From positions 1 through 64,000 of IMG/VR virus record IMGVR_UViG_3300042939_000511: DNA of 64,000 nucleotides. One strand, given 5' to 3'. Source of the DNA: a virus. The stretch's first letter is position 1; every line of letters begins with the position of its first letter. The notes below the pieces were generated by a model. That model was not told where the DNA came from and searched no databases. It worked only from the letters and a program-made list of their open reading frames with translations. Below are positions 34,550 to 44,234 of this stretch, one piece after another. A program made the position numbers and the translations under genes.

Positions 34550-35905
34550 ATGGCTTATTTTCCCCACGCATTTCAAAAAATGCTTGTTGGAACCGCTGGT
34601 TTCAACACTACTCCTGGCAGCACTCTTACGTTGACTGCTGGCCAAATTGGCGTTGTCAAAGCTTCTGACCACCAAATTCAAAACCTTGGAAGCACTCCTA
34701 CTTATGGAAACACGCCTCTCATCTATCTTGCTCAGGGTAGTTTTCACACTACCGACAAGATTGGTCCTTTCCATGGTGGATACAAAGAGACTGTAAAGTC
34801 AAAAGGCATCAACCCAAAGTATGTCAGTGCTTTTTACGTTACTGAGCCTGCTGCCCCTGTAAATGAGGTTGTTGGCGTATCTGTACTTAACTGTACAAAG
34901 ATTGCATGCGACACTACTTATCGTTTGCGTCTTGATGTAAAAGGTTCGCCAGCACTGCGTTTTCTGACTCATAACTTGTATCAGACGCTTGATGCAAAAA
35001 CTCCTTGCTGTGATTCAAGCAACAACAATGCAGATCCTGTAGGTGTATTGCTTCAGTGGAAAGATCAGATCAACGAGTCTCCTATCGTGAAGGACTTTAT
35101 CAGCGCAAAAGTTTTCAACTTTAAAGTTGGAGGTTTTGCTGGCGCTGCTACTACTAATAGCACTACATTGACCATTGACGACACGTCTGGCGCAGGTGGG
35201 TCTGCTCCTGCAGGGCTTGCTGTCGGTCAAATGATCACTGGTGCTGGTATTCCACAAAACACCTTTATTACTGCTGTTTCCGGTGGTACACTAACCTTGA
35301 GCAAAGCTGCTACAGTTGCTGGTGCTACTGTTGCTTTGAAAGTATACGAGGAAGTTTTGACTTCTAGTTATACTCTTGAAACAGGTGCTTCTGCTCCTGA
35401 TACCAATGACGCAATGTTGGTTTTGACTGGTGCCTATGTTGACACTACATTTGGCAACTGCTCTTTCTCTCCAATGGACCACTATGAGCTGGAGCCTATT
35501 CACATCTACGCATCTGTTGTAGATACAGAAGGCAATCCTTGCGAAACTTCTTGTTTTGAAGTGGCTGAATTACAAGGTGGTTATCAAGGCAAAGGCTTTG
35601 GTGAAACATTGATTCGCGAACTCATTCTTTCTAAGCGTTATGCCCAGGAGCCATTCCAAACTGATCCCCGCATGCGCGAAGTATTGGATGACACTACATT
35701 GTCTGATTTGAGCCGCAGTACTCGTTACTTTGCTTATCACATTCTGCACAGTGTACCCCGCACAAGCAACCCATCTGGAATGATGGATGCTGACCAGTAT
35801 TTGGTAAAAGTTGTTGTGTCTGCTCGGAGCACTCCTTTTGAGACCTACATGAACGCTTTGCTAACCAGTGCCGGCAATCACGTACAACTTGCAGTACAGC
35901 TTTAA
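34550..35905 (+). CDS. abundant virion protein (candidate tail sheath / major tail protein)
   Basis: 451 aa. Highly biased codon usage like the MCP gene. Followed by a strong terminator. Position is after the connector genes. Confidence 0.4.
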   Translation: MAYFPHAFQKMLVGTAGFNTTPGSTLTLTAGQIGVVKASDHQIQNLGSTPTYGNTPLIYLAQGSFHTTDKIGPFHGGYKETVKSKGINPKYVSAFYVTEPAAPVNEVVGVSVLNCTKIACDTTYRLRLDVKGSPALRFLTHNLYQTLDAKTPCCDSSNNNADPVGVLLQWKDQINESPIVKDFISAKVFNFKVGGFAGAATTNSTTLTIDDTSGAGGSAPAGLAVGQMITGAGIPQNTFITAVSGGTLTLSKAATVAGATVALKVYEEVLTSSYTLETGASAPDTNDAMLVLTGAYVDTTFGNCSFSPMDHYELEPIHIYASVVDTEGNPCETSCFEVAELQGGYQGKGFGETLIRELILSKRYAQEPFQTDPRMREVLDDTTLSDLSRSTRYFAYHILHSVPRTSNPSGMMDADQYLVKVVVSARSTPFETYMNALLTSAGNHVQLAVQL

Positions 35906-35928
35906 GGCTTACAAACAATTGTAATTGC

Positions 35929-35968
35929 AAAAAGGAGGCGAAGGGTCAATTCTCTTCCCTCCTTTTTT
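35929..35968 (+). terminator. Rho-independent terminator AAAAGGAGG...CCTCCTTTTTT
   Basis: 8-9 bp stem plus a T6 run immediately after the 451-aa gene. Confidence 0.55.
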
Positions 35969-35988
35969 GCTTTTACCCTAAAAATTTT

Positions 35989-36007
35989 GTAAATTCTAAT
36001 GTAGAGG
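35989..36007 (+). promoter_or_regulatory. late-gene motif GTAAATTCTAATGTAGAGG
   Basis: Near-identical copies occur at 54792-54812 and 41841-41859. Confidence 0.4.
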
Positions 36008-36014
36008 TTTTATC

Positions 36015-36581
36015 ATGGCAACTATTAGACACACACTTGCACTAGACATTCCTGACACAGCATGTGACACCATTCTTCGCGTTTGGGATGCGTCTGTGTA
36101 TGGCCAGGGTCTTGATGTAGACTGCCCACGACTAGATATATGGCTACCAGGTTTTTTAGTGCCAAAGTACTACACTGAATTGCAGCCTGATTTTGTCAAA
36201 AACCTTAATGCTAAAGATCTTGGATTGCAGCATCCTTTAGCTGAAACACCACTTAGTCTTCCTGATGGCTTGTATAAAATTCGTTATAGTGTGTCTCCAA
36301 ATGACAAAGTGTTTGTAGAGTATCATCACTTGAGGACTACCAATATCATGAACATGTACTATCAGGAAATATGCAAGGTTCAGCTTGAGCCTTGTGAGCC
36401 TGGTCCAGAACAACATCAAAAGCTTCATGATCTGCGTTACATCAAAATGTACATAGACGCTGCTAAGGCAAAAACAGAGTATTGTCATGCTCCTAAGCAG
36501 GGTGTAGACATGCTGGCGTATGCTGAAAAACTTTTAAGGTCTTATATGACAGGTGCTTGCTTGTCATGTCATAACCAGTAA
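36015..36581 (+). CDS. hypothetical structural protein (candidate tail tube)
   Basis: 188 aa, directly after the sheath-candidate terminator and motif. Confidence 0.35.
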   Translation: MATIRHTLALDIPDTACDTILRVWDASVYGQGLDVDCPRLDIWLPGFLVPKYYTELQPDFVKNLNAKDLGLQHPLAETPLSLPDGLYKIRYSVSPNDKVFVEYHHLRTTNIMNMYYQEICKVQLEPCEPGPEQHQKLHDLRYIKMYIDAAKAKTEYCHAPKQGVDMLAYAEKLLRSYMTGACLSCHNQ

Positions 36582-36606
36582 TCAATAACCAACAACCAAC
36601 AAAAAT

Positions 36607-36783
36607 ATGTGCCCAAATTGTCACACAAAACTTTCTTGCAGTTGTCAGTTGAAAACTGCATCAAACGGAACTCAAGTTTGCTCAAATTGCATTACTGCTT
36701 ATGAGCAAAGTTTAAAGCAAATTGAGAATAAGAGTTCTTCAGACAGCTTGCAAAGTATTTATCCTCTTAAGACAACATCCTAA
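36607..36783 (+). CDS. small zinc-ribbon protein (58 aa, below ORF-track cutoff)
   Basis: ATG at 36607 gives MCPNCHTKLSCSCQLKTASNGTQVCSNCITAY.... The TAATG stop/start overlaps the next gene. Confidence 0.4.
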   Translation: MCPNCHTKLSCSCQLKTASNGTQVCSNCITAYEQSLKQIENKSSSDSLQSIYPLKTTS

Positions 36784-37004
36784 TGAACCTGGCATCTGTT
36801 AGCATTAATAGACTATTTGCTGATGCCGTTTATGCTGCATACAGGAAGAAGCGTTACGGCATTAAAAAATGCAGGGTAACGTATAGCGCTGACATGTTGA
36901 GTGATCTCAAAGAGATTCATAAAAGAGCGTTAGAGATGAAATCTTGTGACAGGAACTTTTGTTGTGGGCTTTCTACCATTGAAGAAAAAATTAAGACTTT
37001 GTAA
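36783..37004 (+). CDS. small Cys-containing hypothetical protein
   Basis: 73 aa. Confidence 0.4.
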   Translation: MNLASVSINRLFADAVYAAYRKKRYGIKKCRVTYSADMLSDLKEIHKRALEMKSCDRNFCCGLSTIEEKIKTL

Positions 37005-38593
37005 TGATACCTGTCAATACTAATACTTCTGTAAAGGCAAAGGACGCATGCATGCCTGTGTCATCTACATGTGTTATCTGGAATGGTCCAGACATACCTT
37101 GCATTAATCTTTGCCAAGGAGATTCTATTGACATTGTGTTGCATCAACTTGCTGAACTACTTTGTGAGAGCACAACAGGTGTTATTGATGTGACGTCTCT
37201 TGACTTTGCATGTCTTGTTGAACAAAATCAGCAAAATCCTGATACGTTACTTGAAGTATTGCAGGCTTTGATAAACAAAATCTGCGATATTGAAGATAAT
37301 TGCTGTGGTGGTGAAGTAGGACCTGCACCGGTTACACCAATACCACTGCCGTCATGTCTTTATTTCACCCAAAATGGAGATCAGGTAACCCAGTTACTTC
37401 CAAACGCGTACAGCGCATATCTTGCTGACAGGATATGCACAATACTTACTACCATTGCGAGTGTACAGTCAGCGCTTACATCTCTTACCACAAGAGTTAC
37501 AGCTATTGAAAATACGTTGGAGGGAATAGGAGGGGGGACTCCTGCGAGTATAACAGTTACTACACAGTGTGCAAGTGGCAACTCGCCAGGGTTGGTACTT
37601 CCTATTGCACAAGCTTTTTCTAATTTTGAGCAAAAATTTTGCCAGCTGCATTCTGTGCTAGGCAGTCTTTCATCATTAAACGCTGCCATCAACCTGGAAT
37701 GTCCAGATCTTGACCAAGCTAATCAGCTCTGCGACACAGAGCAGACAATGTCTCAGTTGCCTGGTTGGGTGTCAAATCCAACCACTATTGCTAGCACAAT
37801 TGTCAACATGTGGTTAACTATCTGTGACATGCGTTGCGCAATGCAAAATTTGATTGGTGGAGGCGGTACAGAATGTGTGCCACTTCCTCCTACTAACGTG
37901 CAAATTGCTGAACTCTATGCAAATGGTTGCAAGGTTACATGGAATCACCCACAAACAGGTTCTTTTGAAGATCCTGTTGCTTATGAAGTTACAATAACAG
38001 AGTGGAATGGAACAACTACTGTTGGCGCTCCAATTGCTTCTGCTCAGTTAAGTCATCCTGCAACAGAGTTTATATTTCAAAACTTAAACGCGGATCCTGT
38101 CAAAAATTACATTGTTGAGGTTTATGCGGCTTACAGTTGCGGTGATTCTTCAAAAGCATTTGTTGTGGGTAAGGTAAAACTAAGCTCAATTCAGTACATA
38201 TTGAATGTTGCTGATCAAGCAACTACTGCACAAATTACATACCCTTGCGATAATCATCAGAATTTGCCTGCAATACAGCGAGCTACAACAATTACATTGT
38301 ACAATCCTGCAAATAATCAAGTAGCTATAAACAACGGAGTATCAATTACAGCAGTGTTGAGATTTGCTGTTACTGGTGATTGTCCCAACTCTGCTACAGA
38401 AGATGTTTCAGTAAACATTCTTACTGGACAGTCTTCAGCAACATACACTTACATTGGAGAGCGTATGGTAAAATGTGGTCAAGATCCCTGCACGCCAGAG
38501 ATCAAAGCATTCCTTTGTGTTGTTTCGCTCAGTTCTACGGCTGTAGCATTACATCCTTCAGTTCCTTTATGTCAGCCACCTGCAAACGAATAA
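37004..38593 (+). CDS. Cys-rich FN3-like domain virion protein
   Basis: N-terminal CVIWNGPDIPC...VLHQLAELLCE module that is also present in the next ORF. FN3-like VQIAELYANGCKVTWNHP...YEVTITEW. Many paired Cys. Confidence 0.5.
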   Translation: MIPVNTNTSVKAKDACMPVSSTCVIWNGPDIPCINLCQGDSIDIVLHQLAELLCESTTGVIDVTSLDFACLVEQNQQNPDTLLEVLQALINKICDIEDNCCGGEVGPAPVTPIPLPSCLYFTQNGDQVTQLLPNAYSAYLADRICTILTTIASVQSALTSLTTRVTAIENTLEGIGGGTPASITVTTQCASGNSPGLVLPIAQAFSNFEQKFCQLHSVLGSLSSLNAAINLECPDLDQANQLCDTEQTMSQLPGWVSNPTTIASTIVNMWLTICDMRCAMQNLIGGGGTECVPLPPTNVQIAELYANGCKVTWNHPQTGSFEDPVAYEVTITEWNGTTTVGAPIASAQLSHPATEFIFQNLNADPVKNYIVEVYAAYSCGDSSKAFVVGKVKLSSIQYILNVADQATTAQITYPCDNHQNLPAIQRATTITLYNPANNQVAINNGVSITAVLRFAVTGDCPNSATEDVSVNILTGQSSATYTYIGERMVKCGQDPCTPEIKAFLCVVSLSSTAVALHPSVPLCQPPANE

Positions 38594-38597
38594 TAAA

Positions 38598-38882
38598 ATG
38601 TATCCTAATCAAAATTGTCAGCCTTGTCAGCCTGAGTGTCCTCCAGTAGAGGTTCCATTGCCACCTGCTTGTACGGGAGAACCATGCGAGGAGGTAGTTA
38701 CAGGTCTTTGCGTAAAGTACACAGGGCCAAATATACCATGTGTAGGTATTACAACTAATATGACATTTAATCAGGTAGTGCAGCTTCTTGCAGCAAAAAT
38801 CTGTGAATGTTGTGAGGGCGATCCTCCGCCACCACCTTCTTGTCCTGCTCCAGTGTCTCTTACAGCTTCTGCTGTACAGTAA
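38598..38882 (+). CDS. small Cys-rich protein carrying the same N-terminal module
   Basis: CVKYTGPNIPCVGITTNMTFNQVVQLLAAKICECCEGDPPPPPSC. Confidence 0.45.
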   Translation: MYPNQNCQPCQPECPPVEVPLPPACTGEPCEEVVTGLCVKYTGPNIPCVGITTNMTFNQVVQLLAAKICECCEGDPPPPPSCPAPVSLTASAVQ

Positions 38883-38916
38883 TATTATTTCAAAAAATTT
38901 AAAATCATAAACACTT

Positions 38917-39483
38917 ATGTCAAACATCTCAATTAGTTGGACTCCAGGTGGAGGCTCCAATATTACTGGTCAGCAGGTTCAACGTAAGACACCTTCTACC
39001 AGCTTTACAACAATAGCAACTGTTGGACCAACTGTAAACAGCTATACTGACACTACAGTTCTTGACAATGTAGTTTACATTTACAGAGTTTTGTCAATTT
39101 GCACAACTGGAGGCCCTACTGCTGGAAATGAAGACTGTTCAGGAGGACTGGTTTGCCCCGCAGGAATTACTGCAACTCCCTCTGGAAATGTTGTTACATT
39201 TTCTCTTCCTGCGCTTGGAGACGGTGTGCAATATGATGTAGTAAGAATTTATCAAGGTCCAAATACATCAAGTCCGTTGGTTCATACACAAACATTGAAC
39301 ATAAATGGTCCAACAACATTTAATGTAACACTTTTATATTCAACATCTTACTTCTATCAGGTTGTCTTAGAAGCACCTTCATGTCCTGAAATGTTCACTC
39401 TCATCTGTGGTGGAAACTGCACAACTGGCCCTCAACCCACATGTCCTGCTCCAACAAATTTGACAGCTGTTCTTACAGACTAA
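38917..39483 (+). CDS. FN3-like Cys-rich protein
   Basis: ISWTPGGGSNITGQQVQRK...YIYRVLSICTTGG. Confidence 0.45.
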   Translation: MSNISISWTPGGGSNITGQQVQRKTPSTSFTTIATVGPTVNSYTDTTVLDNVVYIYRVLSICTTGGPTAGNEDCSGGLVCPAGITATPSGNVVTFSLPALGDGVQYDVVRIYQGPNTSSPLVHTQTLNINGPTTFNVTLLYSTSYFYQVVLEAPSCPEMFTLICGGNCTTGPQPTCPAPTNLTAVLTD

Positions 39484-39500
39484 TGTACAATATTTGAACT

Positions 39501-40295
39501 ATGCCAACGCCACAACTTAATATCAATTTTACACCTGTTGCTGGTGCGACAGGGTATACAGTGTGTCATAGACCACAGATAACACCTTTGCCAACATATG
39601 AATGCACTTCTGTAAACGCAGTTGGTCTTACTCTACCTATTGTTGTTACATCATACAACAATAATAGTCTTCAGTATAGTACCAATTATGATGTAACGGT
39701 GCAGGCTATTTGTAATAATGGTTTGTCAAGTTCTGTTGTGTCAGCAATGGCGTTAAAAATAGAACCTCAACCTCCAACAGGTTTTTGCTATGATGTTAAT
39801 CTTTTTCAAGAAATAACTCAAGTGTACCCTGGATCTCAGATTCGATACACTCCTCCTGGAGGATCTTTGACAAACGTAGACATTTCTGTCTTGCCCTATA
39901 ACATGAATGGGTTTTATCAGATTAATCTTTGCAGTGAAACACCTGTCATAACTGTTGATAACCAAGGAAACCCTGTTACATACACAACAAACGGGTCAGG
40001 AATAACAGGAGGCTCTGTGGTTTGTACTCAATCAACTGATTGTGGACAGCTTCTGTACAATGTGCATACTAACGTAGGTCTTGGAAATGGTAGTGAAGCA
40101 TGCAGTAACCAAAATCAAACTGTCTACTCTAACTGTCCTATGTTTGGAATTTCACATGTGGGCTGCTGCCTTTATTACGATAACGCTGGGCAAGTGCCTG
40201 TTACAGGAATGACAAAGTTCTGGATTAATGGGGTGCTATATGATTTAGACCCTACTCAAGGATGCATCATAGGACCTGCTGCAGTTCAGTGTTAA
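39501..40295 (+). CDS. FN3-like Cys-rich protein
   Basis: INFTPVAGATGYTVCHRP...YDVTVQAICNNGLSS. Confidence 0.45.
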   Translation: MPTPQLNINFTPVAGATGYTVCHRPQITPLPTYECTSVNAVGLTLPIVVTSYNNNSLQYSTNYDVTVQAICNNGLSSSVVSAMALKIEPQPPTGFCYDVNLFQEITQVYPGSQIRYTPPGGSLTNVDISVLPYNMNGFYQINLCSETPVITVDNQGNPVTYTTNGSGITGGSVVCTQSTDCGQLLYNVHTNVGLGNGSEACSNQNQTVYSNCPMFGISHVGCCLYYDNAGQVPVTGMTKFWINGVLYDLDPTQGCIIGPAAVQC

Positions 40296-40353
40296 CACGA
40301 AAAAAAATATCATTGCACTGGTTTGTTGGTTTTCCAGTAATATGATGAGGGAG

Positions 40354-40388
40354 CCCCTGGTCAAAAGCCAGGGGTCTTCTTTTTTATT
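40354..40388 (+). terminator. Rho-independent terminator CCCCTGG-TCAAAAG-CCAGGGG + TCTTCTTTTTTATT
   Basis: Perfect 7-bp GC stem plus a U-tract. Confidence 0.65.
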
Positions 40389-40413
40389 GACAGAAACAAC
40401 TTCTACAAAACAT

Positions 40414-40430
40414 TTGTAAATTTGTAGACC
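40414..40430 (+). promoter_or_regulatory. promoter-like TTGTAAATTTGTAGACC (TAnnTTTG -7 box)
   Basis: 28 nt upstream of the ATG at 40458. A second copy at 41796-41810. Confidence 0.4.
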
Positions 40431-40457
40431 TTGCTAACTTAACCCTACCCTTATCCT

Positions 40458-41801
40458 ATGAACATCATTGAAGCAGTTTATCATAGCCTGAAGCGCAAAA
40501 AATCAGCTGATATTGAAGCTGAACGTTTGGGTATTCCTTTGAGCCAGTATCAAAAAGTAAGAAATGAGATCATCACAGTGGTCAACAAAGTAGGCCAACA
40601 GATGGATGATATCATCTTAAAACTGGTACAAAACAATCTTTCTGGCGCTAAATCAGAGCTTTCTGCAGAAGAACAGCTTTTTGAAATGGAACAGCAGCTG
40701 GGCATTACAGGTAATATTCGCTATCACGTATCTAAACCTACTTCTGTGGTGGAAGTACATGAGGACCTGGAAAGCGGTACCTCCAAGATCACCGGTATCT
40801 CTGCTACAGAGCCGCGCAGTGCAGAAGAGATCATCAAGATTCTTAAGATAGATACTACCAAATGGAAACTGTCGCAGTACTGGAACAAAGAAAAAGGCAC
40901 TAAGTGGCTGGTATCAGCCCTGGTGACTAGGATCCCACAGGCAGAGCAGGTACAGAACAACTTTTTAGAACTGCTCTCAGAATACAAACTTCCTCAGTTT
41001 CAGCCCATTGACCCCGCAGCTTTTTGGATCAACGCCATGTCGCCAGAAAGAGTTTGCGGGGTTCTTTCTTTGCAGGATCTGCATTTTGGCAAAGTGGGCA
41101 ATGAAGACATGGGTGAGATCCTAAAAAACTCCATTGAGTACCTGGTGGCCAAAGGTTATAAGAACTACATGATGGAAAAAGTGATCATGATCATTGGTCC
41201 TGACACGCTCAACATGGATACGTTTTCTGGAACTACTACCAAGGGTACACCGGTAGAGAACTCAGAAATGGCCACAGAGGCGTATTTAAAAGCCTTTGAA
41301 GCGCTGGCATGGACGATTGCTCATGTCAGACAGTTTTGTGAGAACCTTGAGGTGGTCTTTATTTCAGGGAACCACGACAGACTGTCTTCTTTTCACCTGT
41401 TGCACGCGCTGTCACAGACATTCAAAGAATGGCCCAATACAGTGTTCAATATTGACTACGCAGAACGAAAAGTGATCACCTACGGGGACAACATGCTTTG
41501 TTTTGAACACGGGGACGTCACTGCCAAGAACAACCCTTTGGTCTATGCTGTAGAGTATCCCCAGCAATGGGGTGCTTCCAGGCACCGCATGCTCTATATA
41601 GGACACTATCATGGACGCAAAACCAAAGAGTTTATCACAGAAAACGAAGAACATGGATTTGTTTCCAGGATCATACCTGCATTGACCAACTCAGACTATT
41701 ATCATTATCACAACAAGTTTGTAGGCAACAAGCGTTCAGCACTATTGCACCTGCATGAAGCTGAGAAGGGTCTGATATCAGAGTTTGTGTACACTGTGTA
41801 A
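40458..41801 (+). CDS. calcineurin-like metallophosphoesterase
   Basis: All five metallophosphatase motifs are recognisable by eye: DLHFG, GPD, GNHD (ISGNHD), H, and GHYHG. Confidence 0.6.
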   Translation: MNIIEAVYHSLKRKKSADIEAERLGIPLSQYQKVRNEIITVVNKVGQQMDDIILKLVQNNLSGAKSELSAEEQLFEMEQQLGITGNIRYHVSKPTSVVEVHEDLESGTSKITGISATEPRSAEEIIKILKIDTTKWKLSQYWNKEKGTKWLVSALVTRIPQAEQVQNNFLELLSEYKLPQFQPIDPAAFWINAMSPERVCGVLSLQDLHFGKVGNEDMGEILKNSIEYLVAKGYKNYMMEKVIMIIGPDTLNMDTFSGTTTKGTPVENSEMATEAYLKAFEALAWTIAHVRQFCENLEVVFISGNHDRLSSFHLLHALSQTFKEWPNTVFNIDYAERKVITYGDNMLCFEHGDVTAKNNPLVYAVEYPQQWGASRHRMLYIGHYHGRKTKEFITENEEHGFVSRIIPALTNSDYYHYHNKFVGNKRSALLHLHEAEKGLISEFVYTV

Positions 41802-41840
41802 TTTGTAGACCAAACATGCACAAAATGTCCATTTTTTTAC

Positions 41841-41859
41841 GTAAATTCTTATTGTAAGG
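41841..41859 (+). promoter_or_regulatory. late-gene motif GTAAATTCTTATTGTAAGG
   Basis: 6 nt upstream of the ATG at 41865. Confidence 0.35.
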
Positions 41860-41864
41860 CGACT

Positions 41865-42446
41865 ATGAAAGACGCAAAAAAGCTTGATCTCCACGCGCCT
41901 CGTTTCAGAAGAATTGCTGAAGGAACCCTTAATAGAGAGTTTATCAGCATTATTAGAGAAAGTATACCTGCTGCTAAGAATCTGACAGCTGCTGAAATTA
42001 AAGAAATTATCAGCACTTTCAATGGGGTGATGTGGCAAATGGTAGTGGACAAGCGTGATGGGGTAGAAATCCCAGAGCAAATTGGGCATCTTTTTATAGG
42101 AACTTGTCCTCCTAAGAAGCACAAGAATGTGGACTACAAAACCACACTTGAGTACATGAAGGTCATTCAGCACCGCAACTGGGAAAGTGACCAACATCTT
42201 GCCAAGATATTCTTTACTACTTATGGGACTAAGTATCGCTTTAAGAACAACGAGCTCTATGGTTTTGTGCCTACCAGAGATTTTAAACGTACTGTAGGAA
42301 AGACCTATCCTGAAAGATGGAAACAGTATGTGCAGGTAGACCCTAACATGAAAATGGCAGGGCTTTATCGTTCATTGCAATATCACATGGATAGACAAGA
42401 ATCAGCAAAAGCGCAGGTTGATACATACAATGAGTTTGAACTTTAA
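41865..42446 (+). CDS. hypothetical protein
   Basis: 193-aa ORF. Confidence 0.45.
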   Translation: MKDAKKLDLHAPRFRRIAEGTLNREFISIIRESIPAAKNLTAAEIKEIISTFNGVMWQMVVDKRDGVEIPEQIGHLFIGTCPPKKHKNVDYKTTLEYMKVIQHRNWESDQHLAKIFFTTYGTKYRFKNNELYGFVPTRDFKRTVGKTYPERWKQYVQVDPNMKMAGLYRSLQYHMDRQESAKAQVDTYNEFEL

Positions 42447-42451
42447 GAAAA

Positions 42452-43123
42452 ATGATTACTATATCAGAAGCTGTATCTAGAGTACGTAACCTCATAAAAG
42501 CTGTAAAGCAAGATGCTTTTGTGACTGACAGGTTTTTGTATTCGCTGATCATGAAGCATGCAAAACTTTTAATGCGTCGTCAGGATAATCTGAACCGCAT
42601 TATGAAGTTTAACTCTGTTTTTCAAGTGCTTGACTTTGTTGAACTTATAGAAGTTGACCGGGCTCAAGCTGATTGTCACTGCATTACTTCAGACTGTTAC
42701 ATTAAACGCACCAAAGAAAAGCTTCCAGCAATGATAGAAGGTTATTATGGACCTCTAATTAGGTCTGTAACCTCTATTGATTTTTCTGAGGAACTCACTC
42801 CTACTTTTCCTACTACTTATGAGCAGATGAGTCGCCAAAAAACCTTTAAGTACAACAAAAAGAAGTACTACTGGTTTCTTAATGGTTATCTCTACTTTCC
42901 AAATCTTGAGTGGGATGCAATACGTATAGAAGGTGTATTTGAAGGTGACATTAGCCAATATAATTGCACAACTTCTGACAATTGTGTTTCTGTTCAGAAT
43001 AAGACTATCAATGTTCCTGAATTTTTGTTTTCAGAAATTGAACAACTTGTCTTGAGAGATCTTGGAGTAATGCTTCAAATACCTCAGGATACTCAGCAAG
43101 ATAACAGACACGTGGCACGATAA
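42452..43123 (+). CDS. hypothetical structural protein
   Basis: 223-aa ORF. Confidence 0.45.
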   Translation: MITISEAVSRVRNLIKAVKQDAFVTDRFLYSLIMKHAKLLMRRQDNLNRIMKFNSVFQVLDFVELIEVDRAQADCHCITSDCYIKRTKEKLPAMIEGYYGPLIRSVTSIDFSEELTPTFPTTYEQMSRQKTFKYNKKKYYWFLNGYLYFPNLEWDAIRIEGVFEGDISQYNCTTSDNCVSVQNKTINVPEFLFSEIEQLVLRDLGVMLQIPQDTQQDNRHVAR

Positions 43124-43135
43124 ACAAGTTAAGCA

Positions 43136-44230
43136 ATGATGACTGAAGTACAATATAGAAACTTTGACGATGTTCTTGACAGTGTCAGGATTGATCTAAG
43201 AGGCTTTGATCTTGAGGGTATGATTGATGCTCAACAGCTTATCAAGGTTGCTATAAGAGTGAATTATGAGCTTGGCCTTAGGGTTAATCCTTCGCGTTCA
43301 AAAGCTATAGAGATACACAAAGGCAAGGGTAAATTGCCTAACGACTTTTACGTACTCAACTTTGCGATGCTTTGCGAAGGACATAACGTGCATGACATAG
43401 AGCATCCTGACAAAACAAAAACTTATACAGAAGGATTGCTGGAAGGTGCTGCTATGGGTCAACAGTCTGCGTTTTATGCACTTGGAAACGTGGTACAGCA
43501 ACAGACAGTTATTCAAACGCTTGCGCCTGGTGTCAACAACATTAGTCATGGTTTAAACTCTCAGAACCTTATAGTGCAAGCTATAGGGCCTGATGATACT
43601 ATTCTTTCATTCAACATACTTACACCAACTACGTCGCTGCTTCAAATTATTTCTGATGCTCCTGTCAGTATCTCTAATGCTAAGATTATCATCATGGCAT
43701 CAAGACCTGTTTTTACAGGAGTAAATTCAGCTGTCATTGAGCAGGATCATGATGGAAAGCACATTATGGCATATAACACGCCAGGAAGACGACATACTTA
43801 CAATGTGCTTACACCTATGCGCATTGAAAAATCCAAAAGTGTATCACCAGACTGCATCAATATTAACAGTAATGACTGGCATACAGCTGTTATAAAGAAT
43901 GGTTTTTTGGTGACCAACTTTGATGAGGGTGTTGTGTACATAAACTATCAGTCTTTAATGGAGGATGACGATGGAAACCTTATGGTGATGGATCATCCTT
44001 TAGTGAACGAGTTCTATGAATATGCAATCAAACAGCGCATTTATGAGAACCTGTACATTAGTGGTGAAAATGTGGCAAATTTCATGCAACTAGTAGAGCA
44101 AAGACTCAGGGCGGCCAGAAATAATGCACTATCCTTTGTTAATACACCAGATTTCAGAGAACTTAAGCAGGTGTGGGAAATGAACCGCAAGGCTCAATAC
44201 CACAAGTACTACAACATGTTTAAGAGATAG
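43136..44230 (+). CDS. hypothetical structural protein
   Basis: 364-aa ORF. Confidence 0.45.
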   Translation: MMTEVQYRNFDDVLDSVRIDLRGFDLEGMIDAQQLIKVAIRVNYELGLRVNPSRSKAIEIHKGKGKLPNDFYVLNFAMLCEGHNVHDIEHPDKTKTYTEGLLEGAAMGQQSAFYALGNVVQQQTVIQTLAPGVNNISHGLNSQNLIVQAIGPDDTILSFNILTPTTSLLQIISDAPVSISNAKIIIMASRPVFTGVNSAVIEQDHDGKHIMAYNTPGRRHTYNVLTPMRIEKSKSVSPDCININSNDWHTAVIKNGFLVTNFDEGVVYINYQSLMEDDDGNLMVMDHPLVNEFYEYAIKQRIYENLYISGENVANFMQLVEQRLRAARNNALSFVNTPDFRELKQVWEMNRKAQYHKYYNMFKR

Positions 44231-44234
44231 CGCA

